From Candidatus Wallbacteria bacterium (lineage in GTDB: Bacteria > Muiribacteriota > JAQTZZ01): DNA of 64,000 nt. Positions within the stretch are counted from its first letter, which is position 1. Every line of letters begins with the position of its first letter. Both the position numbers and the translations under genes were made by a program. Positions 28,425 to 37,856 of this stretch are shown piece by piece. Where the stretch lies: assembly GCA_028687545.1 (NCBI GenBank), contig JAQTZZ010000002.1, positions 139,635-203,634 of the forward strand. The letters are read 5' to 3'. Below the pieces are notes generated by a model. It had not been told where the DNA came from. It made no database searches and saw nothing but the letters and a program-made list of their open reading frames with translations.

Positions 28425-29267
28425 CTAATAATTTTTCAGCTTTGAATTATCACCCCAGAATTTCAAAGGTTCATAGTCAGGATACGGATACACTCCCAGA
28501 TCAAGCTCGATGCTCTTCCCGGTCCTTGAAAGATAATCCAGCACCATCTGACGCACAGTCACTGGTTTGCCGCTGCAGATGTTGAATATGCCGGATTCCA
28601 GCTCCTGGAGGGCCACCCTGGCGATGTAGCAGACGGCCAGTTCCACGGGCAGATAGTCCCGCACCTGCTCCCCGCCGGACATGGGAAACGATTTTTCCCC
28701 TTTGGACAATGCAAGATCGAGTTGAGAAAACAGCGATTTTTCACTTTGCCCCTTGCCATGCAGGTAAAAAGGACGCAGCCACTTCAGGGCAAAAGGTTTT
28801 TTCACTGCGAATTCCTCCAGGAACCTGCGCAGAGTATCCTTGGCCAGTGCATATGGCAGGACCGGCCTGACATCCATCTTTTCAGAGAGGCATCCTTCCT
28901 GCATTCCGTATTCCAGGCAGGTCCCCAATGCCGTAACATTCTCAAGACCGTGCTCGACAAGATTCTTCAGGAAAAAATAGCTCTGGGGAAGGTTCCGTTC
29001 AAAATGGAAAAGCTCTTTGTAATTGGGCAACCCTTGCCAGGCCAGGTGAATCACCAGATCTGGATTTCCGAAATATCTGAAAAGATCCCGCTCGTCTTCT
29101 CCAACGATCTGATACTGGATATATCTGACCCAGCCCCACCAGTCGGATTTGGCGGCGCGAGCCTGGTCGCAGTCCGTAGCCACCACCACATGCCCCAATC
29201 TCAACAACTCCGTGATCAGATGATTTCCCATGAAACCGGCTGCGCCTGTCACTAATATTTTCTTCAT
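28425..29267 (-). CDS. NAD-dependent epimerase/dehydratase family protein (likely nucleotide-sugar reductase/epimerase)
   Basis: Rossmann N-terminus MKKILVTGAAGFMGNHL and a short-chain dehydrogenase-like fold; 280 aa; sits inside the CDP-sugar tailoring set. Confidence 0.75.
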   Translation of the reverse strand: MKKILVTGAAGFMGNHLITELLRLGHVVVATDCDQARAAKSDWWGWVRYIQYQIVGEDERDLFRYFGNPDLVIHLAWQGLPNYKELFHFERNLPQSYFFLKNLVEHGLENVTALGTCLEYGMQEGCLSEKMDVRPVLPYALAKDTLRRFLEEFAVKKPFALKWLRPFYLHGKGQSEKSLFSQLDLALSKGEKSFPMSGGEQVRDYLPVELAVCYIARVALQELESGIFNICSGKPVTVRQMVLDYLSRTGKSIELDLGVYPYPDYEPLKFWGDNSKLKNY

Positions 29268-29282
29268 GGGCTCTCCTCCGTC

Positions 29283-30503
29283 TTACAATACTTCCAGTTT
29301 CGGGATCGGCTTCACGAATTTTCCTTCCCACTCCCCGATATATCCAAGTTGAGACATGATCTCATCAGACAGATTCCAGGGCAGGATCAGGATCAGATCC
29401 GGTTTTGTTTTCCGGATTTCATCCTCAGACATGACAGGGATATGGCTTCCAGGCAGGAACTTCCCGATTTTGTGGGGTGATTTATCCACCACATAAGAGA
29501 TCAGATCCCGTTTGATTCCGCAGTAGTTGAGCAGTGTGTTCCCTTTGGCGGCAGCGCCGTATGCAGCAACCGTCTTCCTGCTTTTTTTCGCATCGATCAG
29601 GAACGATAAAAGTTCATTTTTTACAGAGTCCGCCTGGGCTTGAAATCCTCGATAATAATCCGGATCCGACATCCCCTCTTTTTCCTCCCTGTTCAGTAAG
29701 TCATTGTATCTGCTCGATAACTGGCAGTTCCCGGAATGTGCGGCATAGATCCTCAGCGAGCCGCCGTGGGTGGGAAGTTCGTCCACATCGAAAATCGTCA
29801 AACCGTGGGAGCTGAAAATCCGGCTGACTGTGGTCAGGGAGAGATAGGAAAAATGCTCATGATAGATTGTATCGAACTGGTTCCCTGAGATCAGTTTCAT
29901 CAGATGTGGGAATTCCATCGTGATGGTGCCTCCTGGTTTAAGCACAAGTTTCATGCCTGAGACAAAATCATTGATGTCAGGCACATGGGCCAGCACATTG
30001 TTGCCGACCAGCAGGTCGGCCTGCAGGCCTTCCCGGCAGAGTTCGAAGGCAGCTTTTTCAGTGAAAAACTCCACCCTGGTCTGTATCCCTTTCTGAATGG
30101 CTTCAAAGGCGGTGTTACGGGCTGGCTCGATTCCCAGGACCGGGATTCCGTCTTCCTTGAAATACTGCAGCAGATATCCGTCATTGGAGGCGATTTCCAG
30201 AACGAGCGACTGGGGTCCCAGGGACAGGCGCCGCCTGATCAGGCCGGCAAAATTCCTGCAGTGCATAAGCCAGCTCTGGGAATAAGAGGAAAAATATGCG
30301 TAATCAGCGGAAAAAATCTCATCATGCCGCTTGAATTCATCGATCTGTACCAGAAAACAGCTATCGCAAACAAATATTTTCAGCGGGTAAAAAGTCTCAG
30401 GTTCGTTGAGCTGCAGTTCGGTAAGGAATGAATTGGAGGGCGGGGAATTTCCCAGGTCGATCAGCACGTGATTCAACGGTTTTTTGCAGTAGCGGCAGTT
30501 CAT
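29283..30503 (-). CDS. nucleotide-sugar C-methyltransferase-like (zinc-ribbon plus class I methyltransferase plus C-methyltransferase C-terminal domain)
   Basis: N-terminal CRYCKKP...CDSC zinc ribbon, SAM-binding LEIASNDG and DLLVGNNVLAHVPD, a C-terminal domain typical of TylC3-type sugar C-methyltransferases; 406 aa. Confidence 0.7.
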   Translation of the reverse strand: MNCRYCKKPLNHVLIDLGNSPPSNSFLTELQLNEPETFYPLKIFVCDSCFLVQIDEFKRHDEIFSADYAYFSSYSQSWLMHCRNFAGLIRRRLSLGPQSLVLEIASNDGYLLQYFKEDGIPVLGIEPARNTAFEAIQKGIQTRVEFFTEKAAFELCREGLQADLLVGNNVLAHVPDINDFVSGMKLVLKPGGTITMEFPHLMKLISGNQFDTIYHEHFSYLSLTTVSRIFSSHGLTIFDVDELPTHGGSLRIYAAHSGNCQLSSRYNDLLNREEKEGMSDPDYYRGFQAQADSVKNELLSFLIDAKKSRKTVAAYGAAAKGNTLLNYCGIKRDLISYVVDKSPHKIGKFLPGSHIPVMSEDEIRKTKPDLILILPWNLSDEIMSQLGYIGEWEGKFVKPIPKLEVL

Positions 30504-31048
30504 TTTATCCCTCTGTAATCAGGCTTGAGCAGCTCGAAATTCCTGTCCCGCTCAGAAATCTCACTGATTTCCAAGGGCCATCTGATGCCAAGAATCGGGT
30601 CATCAAAGCGCAGACCCCGTTCATGCTCCCTGGAATAGAAACCAGTGTGGCAATACAACATTTCGCAATCGTCAGTCAATGTCTGAAACCCGTGAGCAAA
30701 ATATTCAGGCACAATCAGCATGAGTCTGTTCTCCGCAGAAAGTTCTACCCCTGCAAAGTGCAGAAAGGTGTCGGATCCGGCCCGCAGATCGACGATTACA
30801 TCGTAAACAGCTCCCCTGATGCACCTGACCAGCTTCATTTCGCTGCTGGGAGGGATCTGATAATGCAGGCCGCGGATAGCGGATGCCATTTTTGTATAGG
30901 TATGGTTCATCTGAACTATCTCCTTCTGGAAACCGATCTCTTTGAATTCATTCCTGCAGAAAACCCTGGCAAACCAGCCCCGGTTGTCGCTGATCGGTTC
31001 CGGTTCGATCAGGTGTGCTCCTTCCAAGCCGATTCCGGTAAATTTCAT
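30500..31048 (-). CDS. dTDP/CDP-4-dehydro-6-deoxysugar 3,5-epimerase-like (RmlC cupin family)
   Basis: 182-aa cupin with RmlC-like motifs (DNRGWFARVF; GLHYQ; GFYSREHERGLRFDDP); 4-bp overlaps with both neighbours. Confidence 0.75.
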   Translation of the reverse strand: MKFTGIGLEGAHLIEPEPISDNRGWFARVFCRNEFKEIGFQKEIVQMNHTYTKMASAIRGLHYQIPPSSEMKLVRCIRGAVYDVIVDLRAGSDTFLHFAGVELSAENRLMLIVPEYFAHGFQTLTDDCEMLYCHTGFYSREHERGLRFDDPILGIRWPLEISEISERDRNFELLKPDYRGIK

Positions 31049-31902
31049 AAATCCCTTCGCATTGGTCTGAAGCTGCAGTTGAGCACATCGTTAATTTCCA
31101 GAGCCCGTTCGATCAGTTCTTTCTTAAGGATCCGGTTTGTTTTGAGGTCAAACACTCTGTACCCCTGAGCCCGCATCAGCCGGATCAGATCATATGCGCT
31201 GTGCCCGAGCATTTTGTAAATCTGCGGGGAAAGTTCGATCAGAATGACCGGTTTCCGTGTGAGGGATGACAGGAAGTTCTGCATTCCAAGCAGGACCTTG
31301 TATTCATACCCTTCGCAGTCGATCTTGATCATGCCCACATCATGCAGAGGATGATCCGCTACATAATTATCAAAGGTGTCGATCATCACCACTTCCTCGG
31401 ATTCAAGCTCGTCCTTACCGGGAACAAAGCTGTTGGCACCGATATTTCCCTTAGCCACGTAAATGGTCTGCCTGCCAGTGGTGTCGCCGAGCGCGAAATT
31501 ATTGAGCTGAAATGCAGGACTGGGATTCAATTCCTTCAGTCTCTGCAGGCGGTTGAAATACTTCGGTACAGGTTCGAATGCGTGGACAGAGCCGTGGCTC
31601 CCCACCAGACCTGCGGCATAAGCGGAAATGTAGCCGATGTTGGCGCCGATGTCCACAAAAGTCTGTCCTCTGGTCAGGAACCGCTTCAATTCCACCAGAA
31701 TGTCGATTTCATATCTGCCATGATACATTTCCGCGATCATACCGTCCCTGAGCCCGAAATCAAACTCAAACGCAATTCCATTCACACGGCCTAAATGCCT
31801 TCCTGAGACGGGGGGGGTTCTGAAGCACATACCGGTTCTGGTCGTGATCCTGCGAATCAGCAGCCTGGGATTCTGAAACATCATTTTCAATATTCGATTC
31901 AT
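31045..31902 (-). CDS. FkbM-family methyltransferase
   Basis: FVDIGANIGYISAYAAG...VHAFEP is the FkbM SAM-binding signature; 285 aa. Confidence 0.7.
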   Translation of the reverse strand: MNRILKMMFQNPRLLIRRITTRTGMCFRTPPVSGRHLGRVNGIAFEFDFGLRDGMIAEMYHGRYEIDILVELKRFLTRGQTFVDIGANIGYISAYAAGLVGSHGSVHAFEPVPKYFNRLQRLKELNPSPAFQLNNFALGDTTGRQTIYVAKGNIGANSFVPGKDELESEEVVMIDTFDNYVADHPLHDVGMIKIDCEGYEYKVLLGMQNFLSSLTRKPVILIELSPQIYKMLGHSAYDLIRLMRAQGYRVFDLKTNRILKKELIERALEINDVLNCSFRPMRRDL

Positions 31903-32029
31903 GGATTACCTCAGAAGAAATATTCAGGATGATATGATAATGGATGTCTTTTTTCAACTGTTAAACTTTCATTAAAACTCAAATTTCAATCCGGAAAAAG
32001 GCTTTCACACCTATATCTTCCTTCTCCTA

Positions 32030-32830
32030 ATGTCGATGGGTTTAAAAATCATCCCAGGTGGAACCATGATTGATACAGATAAACTGCAGGTACTGATCGA
32101 GAAAGCCGGAAACCTCCAGATCCGGGATTATAAATCTCTGGACACGATCGTGCACGAAGCTGAATCAATTTTCGATCGAACTCCCGATAATTCCCGCTTT
32201 CTGAACAAATTGAAAAGCATCAATTTCTCCCCGCTTTCGATCGGCGCCTCCTCGCAGGAACTCAGCACTTCCTGGACATCCGGCAGAGATAAGATTATTT
32301 CTTTCTTCAAAGATATAATCGAAGAGAGCAGACTCAATTTTTTCTTCGAAAATTCAGGGGAAATCTCAGAACATTTTTCGGTTAAAGCGGATGAATTCTT
32401 CATCTGGCAGTTCCACGACGAAGAAATGCGGGGACAGCTGGAGGAACTTTTAGAGAAATTGACGGCTTCACCCGTACTTCATCTTGCAGTGCCGGGGAAA
32501 ATGCGTTTCCACGACCTGGACCAGATTATTCCAGACCTCAGAATGGCGATCTTTCTGCTCTCTTTCCGGGAAAGCAACTATCCTGACTTCAAACTCTCGC
32601 TCCCGATTCCGGAAGCCCTGCTTCAGGAAATGTTCGTGCAGCTGGGTTATTTTCTGGGAAAACTCGGCCCGGAAAAAGTGCTGATATTCGTCAGAGAGGG
32701 CCAGGGCATTAAGAAACCGTCATTTCTGGAAAACCTGGATCATGTTGTTTTCACGGACAAGGGAAGCTGGAAAAATGAATTCACCTCAAAGTTTCAGGGT
32801 GAGAATCGGAAAAAAATCATTCTTCACTAG
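32030..32830 (+). CDS. hypothetical protein (266 aa), no confident family
   Basis: Long ORF with a plausible start region; the 3' end overlaps the convergent zinc-ribbon gene by 14 bp; no diagnostic motif recognised. Confidence 0.45.
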   Translation: MSMGLKIIPGGTMIDTDKLQVLIEKAGNLQIRDYKSLDTIVHEAESIFDRTPDNSRFLNKLKSINFSPLSIGASSQELSTSWTSGRDKIISFFKDIIEESRLNFFFENSGEISEHFSVKADEFFIWQFHDEEMRGQLEELLEKLTASPVLHLAVPGKMRFHDLDQIIPDLRMAIFLLSFRESNYPDFKLSLPIPEALLQEMFVQLGYFLGKLGPEKVLIFVREGQGIKKPSFLENLDHVVFTDKGSWKNEFTSKFQGENRKKIILH

Positions 32831-34085
32831 GAATTTCCGGATTATCTTCGGCAAAATCCAGTGACTCGCAGCCAAACAGGTCGTCATAGGCAAAGTAGAT
32901 CATTCCCGCACTCAACGGCAGCGTGGCCAGCAAACCGATCCCGGCAAGAAGAGCCCCAAGTAAATTGATTGAAAACAGCGACAGCCCGAATTTGACAAAT
33001 CCGGCCCTGTTTTTGCTGATCAGCTTGATACTGTAAAGTGTGGCCTCCTGATATTCGAGTTTGCGGTCAATCACCAGCAGAGTGGTGAAAATGTAATGCA
33101 CAAAAAGCACTATCCCGGGAATCACCAGCAGAATAGTACCTACGCTGATCTGAATGCCAGTGACGACACCCAGCAGCACCAGGGGCTTTCCGTAAATCTG
33201 CCCCATCTGCAGGTCCTGATATCCCGCATCCTTGAACTGGGAGACATGATGGCAGAACTGATAAAAACCGGCGCTCATGACCGGAGTGATGATCAGAGCC
33301 ATCAGCAGTGTGGAGAAATACAGCACTGCCGGGGGGAACATCAGGTGGACTGAAAGATAGAGTACTGAGAAAAACAGGGTTGCGATGAATAAAAACAGAA
33401 AAGACCAGATCAGGGTAATGGCTGGTTCGGTTTTCAGGATATCGATGCTTTTAAACAGATATTCCTTGGTTTTTCCTGGCAGGATGATGGCGCTCTTATA
33501 AGCGATCCCGATGTCTGAGGTGTTTTTTTTCTGCGTTGATTTGCTCACAGCTCCTCCTGCCGGAGCCTCAATTTTCGGTTCATCCTTCTTTTCGATTTCA
33601 GTCAGGAGACTGCCAATCAAATGCTCTTTCTGAATAATCTTCTTTTTATGCTCGTCTGTATCAGGGGACATCTGCTTTAATCCATCCAGCAGATCTTCAT
33701 CAACCAGTTCATCCGGTAAACTTTTTTTATCAGCTGGAAGGGATGCTTTATCATTCACTGCAGGTTTCTGCGTGGTGCCAGTCTTGGAAACCTGGGCCGG
33801 CTTGGAGGGGATGCCGGGTTTGGCAGGAGTTTTGGGAGCTGCTGAAGATAATGGGGCAGCGGTTTTGGAAGCGGCAGCCTGCTTAGGAGGAGTTGCACTT
33901 TTTTCGGTTGCTTTCTGTGCCTGTGGAGTTGTTCCGGATTTCTGCCCGGTCCCTCCTCCACCTTTCGCAGCTGCATCAGGCTGGGCTGGTTCGAGACCGT
34001 CTACCCTGCTGCCGCAACTGGCGCAAAATCTCTTCCCCCTTGCCTTGTAATCGCCGCATTTAGGACAAGCCATCTCACCCTCCAA
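32817..34085 (-). CDS. zinc-ribbon domain membrane protein with a Pro/Ala/Lys/Thr-rich linker
   Basis: N-terminal CPKCG...CASCG zinc ribbon, ~150-aa low-complexity linker, C-terminal multi-pass membrane domain. Confidence 0.6.
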   Translation of the reverse strand: MEGEMACPKCGDYKARGKRFCASCGSRVDGLEPAQPDAAAKGGGGTGQKSGTTPQAQKATEKSATPPKQAAASKTAAPLSSAAPKTPAKPGIPSKPAQVSKTGTTQKPAVNDKASLPADKKSLPDELVDEDLLDGLKQMSPDTDEHKKKIIQKEHLIGSLLTEIEKKDEPKIEAPAGGAVSKSTQKKNTSDIGIAYKSAIILPGKTKEYLFKSIDILKTEPAITLIWSFLFLFIATLFFSVLYLSVHLMFPPAVLYFSTLLMALIITPVMSAGFYQFCHHVSQFKDAGYQDLQMGQIYGKPLVLLGVVTGIQISVGTILLVIPGIVLFVHYIFTTLLVIDRKLEYQEATLYSIKLISKNRAGFVKFGLSLFSINLLGALLAGIGLLATLPLSAGMIYFAYDDLFGCESLDFAEDNPEIPSEE

Positions 34086-34215
34086 AGAAGAAACTGTCGG
34101 AAAATCTTACTCTCTTCATCGAAAAAAACTTGAAGAACATTAGAGCCATGCTACCTTTTTCCAGTCGGCAACAGATTAACAAATAACAGCATGACAGTCA
34201 ACAATCGGTTGCAGT

Positions 34216-35418
34216 TCATTTCATTTCGCCATACAGGACAGGCATTCTGAATTCACTGACAGAGACCATCGCGACCGTATTGCGGCGGACCTGTCCGGAG
34301 AAGCATATTTTCAGATAATTTTCCGAAAAACCAGTGTTCAGACCTTTTTTGGATTCCTCGACGAGTACCGGAAGGGACCGGCCCAGATAGCGCCTCCTCC
34401 TCGATTCAAACAGGGTGTCCCGCAAGCTGGTGATCAGCCTGATCCGCTCCCCCATCACCTGCCTGGACAGAGCCGATTCCTTCAGATCCATGGCTTTAGT
34501 CCCTTCGCGGAATGAAAACGGGAAAACATGCAGATAGGCGAATTCCCCCGCCTCAACTACTGCCATGGTTTCCTTGAAGTCCCTGTCTGTCTCTCCCGGA
34601 AAGCCGACGATCACGTCTCCGGTGATCTCCATGCCGGGAACATTCTGCAATTCGGATACAACACGCAGAATGTCGGCAGCCGTATAGCGTCTGTTCATCA
34701 GCTTCAACACTCGATCCGATCCTGACTGCATGGAAATGTGCAGATGAGGCATCAGCTTATGATCGTAAAACGCCTTGATCAATGCCGGAGTTATCTCCTG
34801 GGGGTGCAGCGAGCCAAGCCTCAGCCTCAGCAGGTCTTCGATCCCTGAGATTCTGTCGATCAGTTCGGGAAGGTATCGGGGTTCCCCCAGATCGAATCCG
34901 TATTTTCCCAGATGCACTCCTGTCAACACGATTTCACGGAATCCGTTTTTTACCAGATTTTCGACCTCTGAAACTGCTTCAGTCATTACTTTACTCTCCA
35001 GGGCAGGCCTGAGCTTTGGTACTATGCAATAGGCACAGAAACTATCGCAGCCATCCTGGATTTTGACGAAAGCACGGGTATGGGATGCGAATCCTGAAAT
35101 CCGGCTGGCAGTGATTCCGAATTTGTCTCTGAAAGCGGCAGTCTCAAAATATTCCACGCTGTAATTGGAAAGCCTTGCCCTGAGATTTTCCGAAATGCAT
35201 CCCACGAGCCAGACTGATTTGCCGCTGTTCCGGGCGGATTTCACAAGCCTCGCCACTTTGCATTCGGACTCGGAGGTCACGACGCAGGATTTGACGATCA
35301 GAAGCTCGGCTTCGCTGAATCCGGTTGACTGATACCCAAGCCTGCTCAGTTCTTCGCGGATCAGTTCACCCTCGTACTGGTTGACTTTGCAGCCGAACGC
35401 ATGCAGGTGGAATTTCAT
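34216..35418 (-). CDS. MiaB-like radical SAM methylthiotransferase (MtaB/RimO-like)
   Basis: N-terminal MTTase domain (KFHLHAFGCKVNQYEGE), radical SAM region and a C-terminal TRAM-like tail. Start set at the ATG at 35416-35418 (MKFHL), a 4-bp overlap with rsmE. Confidence 0.75.
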   Translation of the reverse strand: MKFHLHAFGCKVNQYEGELIREELSRLGYQSTGFSEAELLIVKSCVVTSESECKVARLVKSARNSGKSVWLVGCISENLRARLSNYSVEYFETAAFRDKFGITASRISGFASHTRAFVKIQDGCDSFCAYCIVPKLRPALESKVMTEAVSEVENLVKNGFREIVLTGVHLGKYGFDLGEPRYLPELIDRISGIEDLLRLRLGSLHPQEITPALIKAFYDHKLMPHLHISMQSGSDRVLKLMNRRYTAADILRVVSELQNVPGMEITGDVIVGFPGETDRDFKETMAVVEAGEFAYLHVFPFSFREGTKAMDLKESALSRQVMGERIRLITSLRDTLFESRRRRYLGRSLPVLVEESKKGLNTGFSENYLKICFSGQVRRNTVAMVSVSEFRMPVLYGEMK

Positions 35419-36134
35419 CTGAGCGAGCCTTTCCGCTGGAGGAGAAGCGCAGCGATCACAGTGGCCGCGTTGGAAGTGCGCAGGATGTTGCCTGAGAGCC
35501 TGACCGGAATAAAACCGTTCGCTCCTGCCAGTTCCATTTCTCCACATGTAAAATCTCCTTCAGGACCCACAAGCGCTAGAATTTCCGAATGCCTTATCTC
35601 CATTTCAGCTAAGCATCTGGAATTCGCTTCCAGCGAAAAAATCAGTTTCTGGTCTGCAGCCGATTTCACCAGTTCCGTGAACAGGATCGGTTCGGAGATT
35701 GATGGGATCTTTTTTCCTCTGCACTGTTTCGCAGCTTCCTTCGCGATTCCGAGCCAGCGTTCCCTGAGCTTTTGATTTTTCCCAGCGACTGGGCGGATGA
35801 TCGTCCGCTCCGAAATAAAAGGGATGATCCGGTCCACATTCAACTGGGTAAGATTATCGATTACAGACTCAAAGTCCCGCTTCACGAGAGAAATTCCCAT
35901 TGTAACACCGGATTGGTCTGTAATTTTTGATCTCTTGATTAAAATGCAGCGCACAATTTTCAGGCTTGGGTCGAATTCCATCACTGATGCAAGATAATAA
36001 TTTCCGGCATTGTCGATGATCTCGATCCTGTCCTGCGGCTGGACTCGCAGCACATTCTTCAGATGGTGGAATTCCTCGCTGAACTCAATTACATCGCTTC
36101 CGGATAAAACAGGTTCCAGAAAGAGTCGGATCAT
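35415..36134 (-). CDS. rsmE: 16S rRNA (uracil1498-N3)-methyltransferase
   Basis: 239 aa; N-terminal PUA-like region with HHLKNVLRVQPQDRIEIIDNAGNYYLA; SPOUT C-terminal domain. Confidence 0.8.
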   Translation of the reverse strand: MIRLFLEPVLSGSDVIEFSEEFHHLKNVLRVQPQDRIEIIDNAGNYYLASVMEFDPSLKIVRCILIKRSKITDQSGVTMGISLVKRDFESVIDNLTQLNVDRIIPFISERTIIRPVAGKNQKLRERWLGIAKEAAKQCRGKKIPSISEPILFTELVKSAADQKLIFSLEANSRCLAEMEIRHSEILALVGPEGDFTCGEMELAGANGFIPVRLSGNILRTSNAATVIAALLLQRKGSLR

Positions 36135-36175
36135 ATCCCGGATTCTAAGTCATTCTGTCTGTTATTTGCAAGAGT

Positions 36176-37855
36176 CTATCCCAGGTCCAGAACCTCTATC
36201 CAGTAATTTTTCTCATTTTTGTCCAGGCTCTCCCCGAACAATGACAGGCCATTGCCGTCATCGCAGATGAATGAGAGGCGGCACTCCCGGTCCAGGCAGG
36301 GACTGGTGAAAAACACCGATATTTCACCGCCCTGCTGAGACTTGCTGGGCAGCCTGGCTTCCTTTTCAGTTCCGTTCAGAGATACTTTCATTGTCCCGGC
36401 ATTCCCGGATTGCGTGCTGGCTCTGAATCTGATACAGAGTTTGCGGGAAGAGGCTGCAGCGGAAAAAATGTACTCAATCCTGCCCTTGAATCTTCCGACC
36501 AGATGCGCCCAGCCGGTCCGGCACCACTGATCGCCAGACCAGTAATTCAGAGGAATCGGCTCGAATTTTCCGGAACTGTAATCTCTGATCTCGATTGCCA
36601 GAGTCCCGCCAGCTTGAAGGTGGTATTTTCCTCTTGGGATCGCTGCTCCGGTTTCCGGTCTGATACCTGTATGCAGAAAGTAAAATTCACTCAGGGCTTC
36701 TCTAGTCAGGTCCTTGGGCAGATAGGAAATCACAGCAGGATTCTGCCTCCCGAAATCAGTTTCTTCCAGCTGCCCGGTCTGACTGAAAAGCTCTGATCCA
36801 GGCATTGGACGGTAGAAACTTAATCCATAGCGTACATTATTTTGCCTGAGATGAGAGAGAAATTCCCCGGTCTTTGATAAATCTTCCATTGTCTCGCCTG
36901 GCAACCCGGCAATCGCCAGCACGAAGGGTTCAATGCCGTGGCAGTGGCAGATCTCCACTGCCCGCAATACCTGCTCGGGAGTAATGTTTTTCCTGATCCT
37001 CGCAAGCATTGAAACAGACCCGCTTTCCAGTCCGATGTCCAGCCGCCTGCACCCCATCCGGCGCAGCAGGTCTGCCACATGATCCGATATGTTGTCGGCT
37101 CGCGCATGAGAGCGGAATCTGATTTCCAGGCCATTTTTCTCAATCAATGCTGCCAGTTTCTGCAACTCCCTGAAATCTGTCAGCAGGTCTGCATCTTCAA
37201 AGGAAAAGCAGTCGATTCCGATTGTCCTGAAGTATTTGAATTCACTGATCAGCATTTCAGGATTGCGGAAATCTACCGTACCTTCGTAAAAAAAAGGATT
37301 GATACAGAATGTGCATTCATGTGGACAGCCACGGGAATAAAAAGTCAGCGCAGTTTTCGGCCCTTCGGGATTCTCAACGTCTTTGAGAGCAGGTTCCTGG
37401 TAAAGAGTCTGTCCCGGGTATTTAATGTATGGAAATTCAGATAAAGTTCCCAGATATTTCAACTGGGATGAAAGCAGTCCATGCCTGTATTTGTCGCTTT
37501 CCAGGCAGTCCAGCAGACTCTGAAAACGATTTTTGTAAATGATATAGTCGAATCCGGCATCCAAGTATTGCTTGAAATAATCGAAATACTCATGAAAAAA
37601 AACAATTCTGCATTGCCCTGACTTCAGTGCCCTGATTTTCATGGCCAGCTCCAGCACTCTCTTTTCTCTGGAAGTGAGGATGAAAATATCGTATAGAGCA
37701 AAGTCCTGGGGGAGGGTATTGTCCTGCAGCTCGAAAAAGGAATAATCGAACTTCCCTTCGCAGAGAGCACCGATGGTGAGAAGATTGAGCACCTCGTTCC
37801 GGCAGTATGAACCGGGACTTGTGGCATTAATAAGAGCAAGCCTGGATTTGACCAT
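36176..37855 (-). CDS. B12-binding-domain radical SAM protein with an extra C-terminal beta-rich domain
   Basis: N-terminal cobalamin-binding-like domain; radical SAM motif YSRGCPHECTFC (CX3CX2C); ~150-aa uncharacterised C-terminal extension; 559 aa. Confidence 0.8.
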   Translation of the reverse strand: MVKSRLALINATSPGSYCRNEVLNLLTIGALCEGKFDYSFFELQDNTLPQDFALYDIFILTSREKRVLELAMKIRALKSGQCRIVFFHEYFDYFKQYLDAGFDYIIYKNRFQSLLDCLESDKYRHGLLSSQLKYLGTLSEFPYIKYPGQTLYQEPALKDVENPEGPKTALTFYSRGCPHECTFCINPFFYEGTVDFRNPEMLISEFKYFRTIGIDCFSFEDADLLTDFRELQKLAALIEKNGLEIRFRSHARADNISDHVADLLRRMGCRRLDIGLESGSVSMLARIRKNITPEQVLRAVEICHCHGIEPFVLAIAGLPGETMEDLSKTGEFLSHLRQNNVRYGLSFYRPMPGSELFSQTGQLEETDFGRQNPAVISYLPKDLTREALSEFYFLHTGIRPETGAAIPRGKYHLQAGGTLAIEIRDYSSGKFEPIPLNYWSGDQWCRTGWAHLVGRFKGRIEYIFSAAASSRKLCIRFRASTQSGNAGTMKVSLNGTEKEARLPSKSQQGGEISVFFTSPCLDRECRLSFICDDGNGLSLFGESLDKNEKNYWIEVLDLG

Positions 37856-37856
37856 C

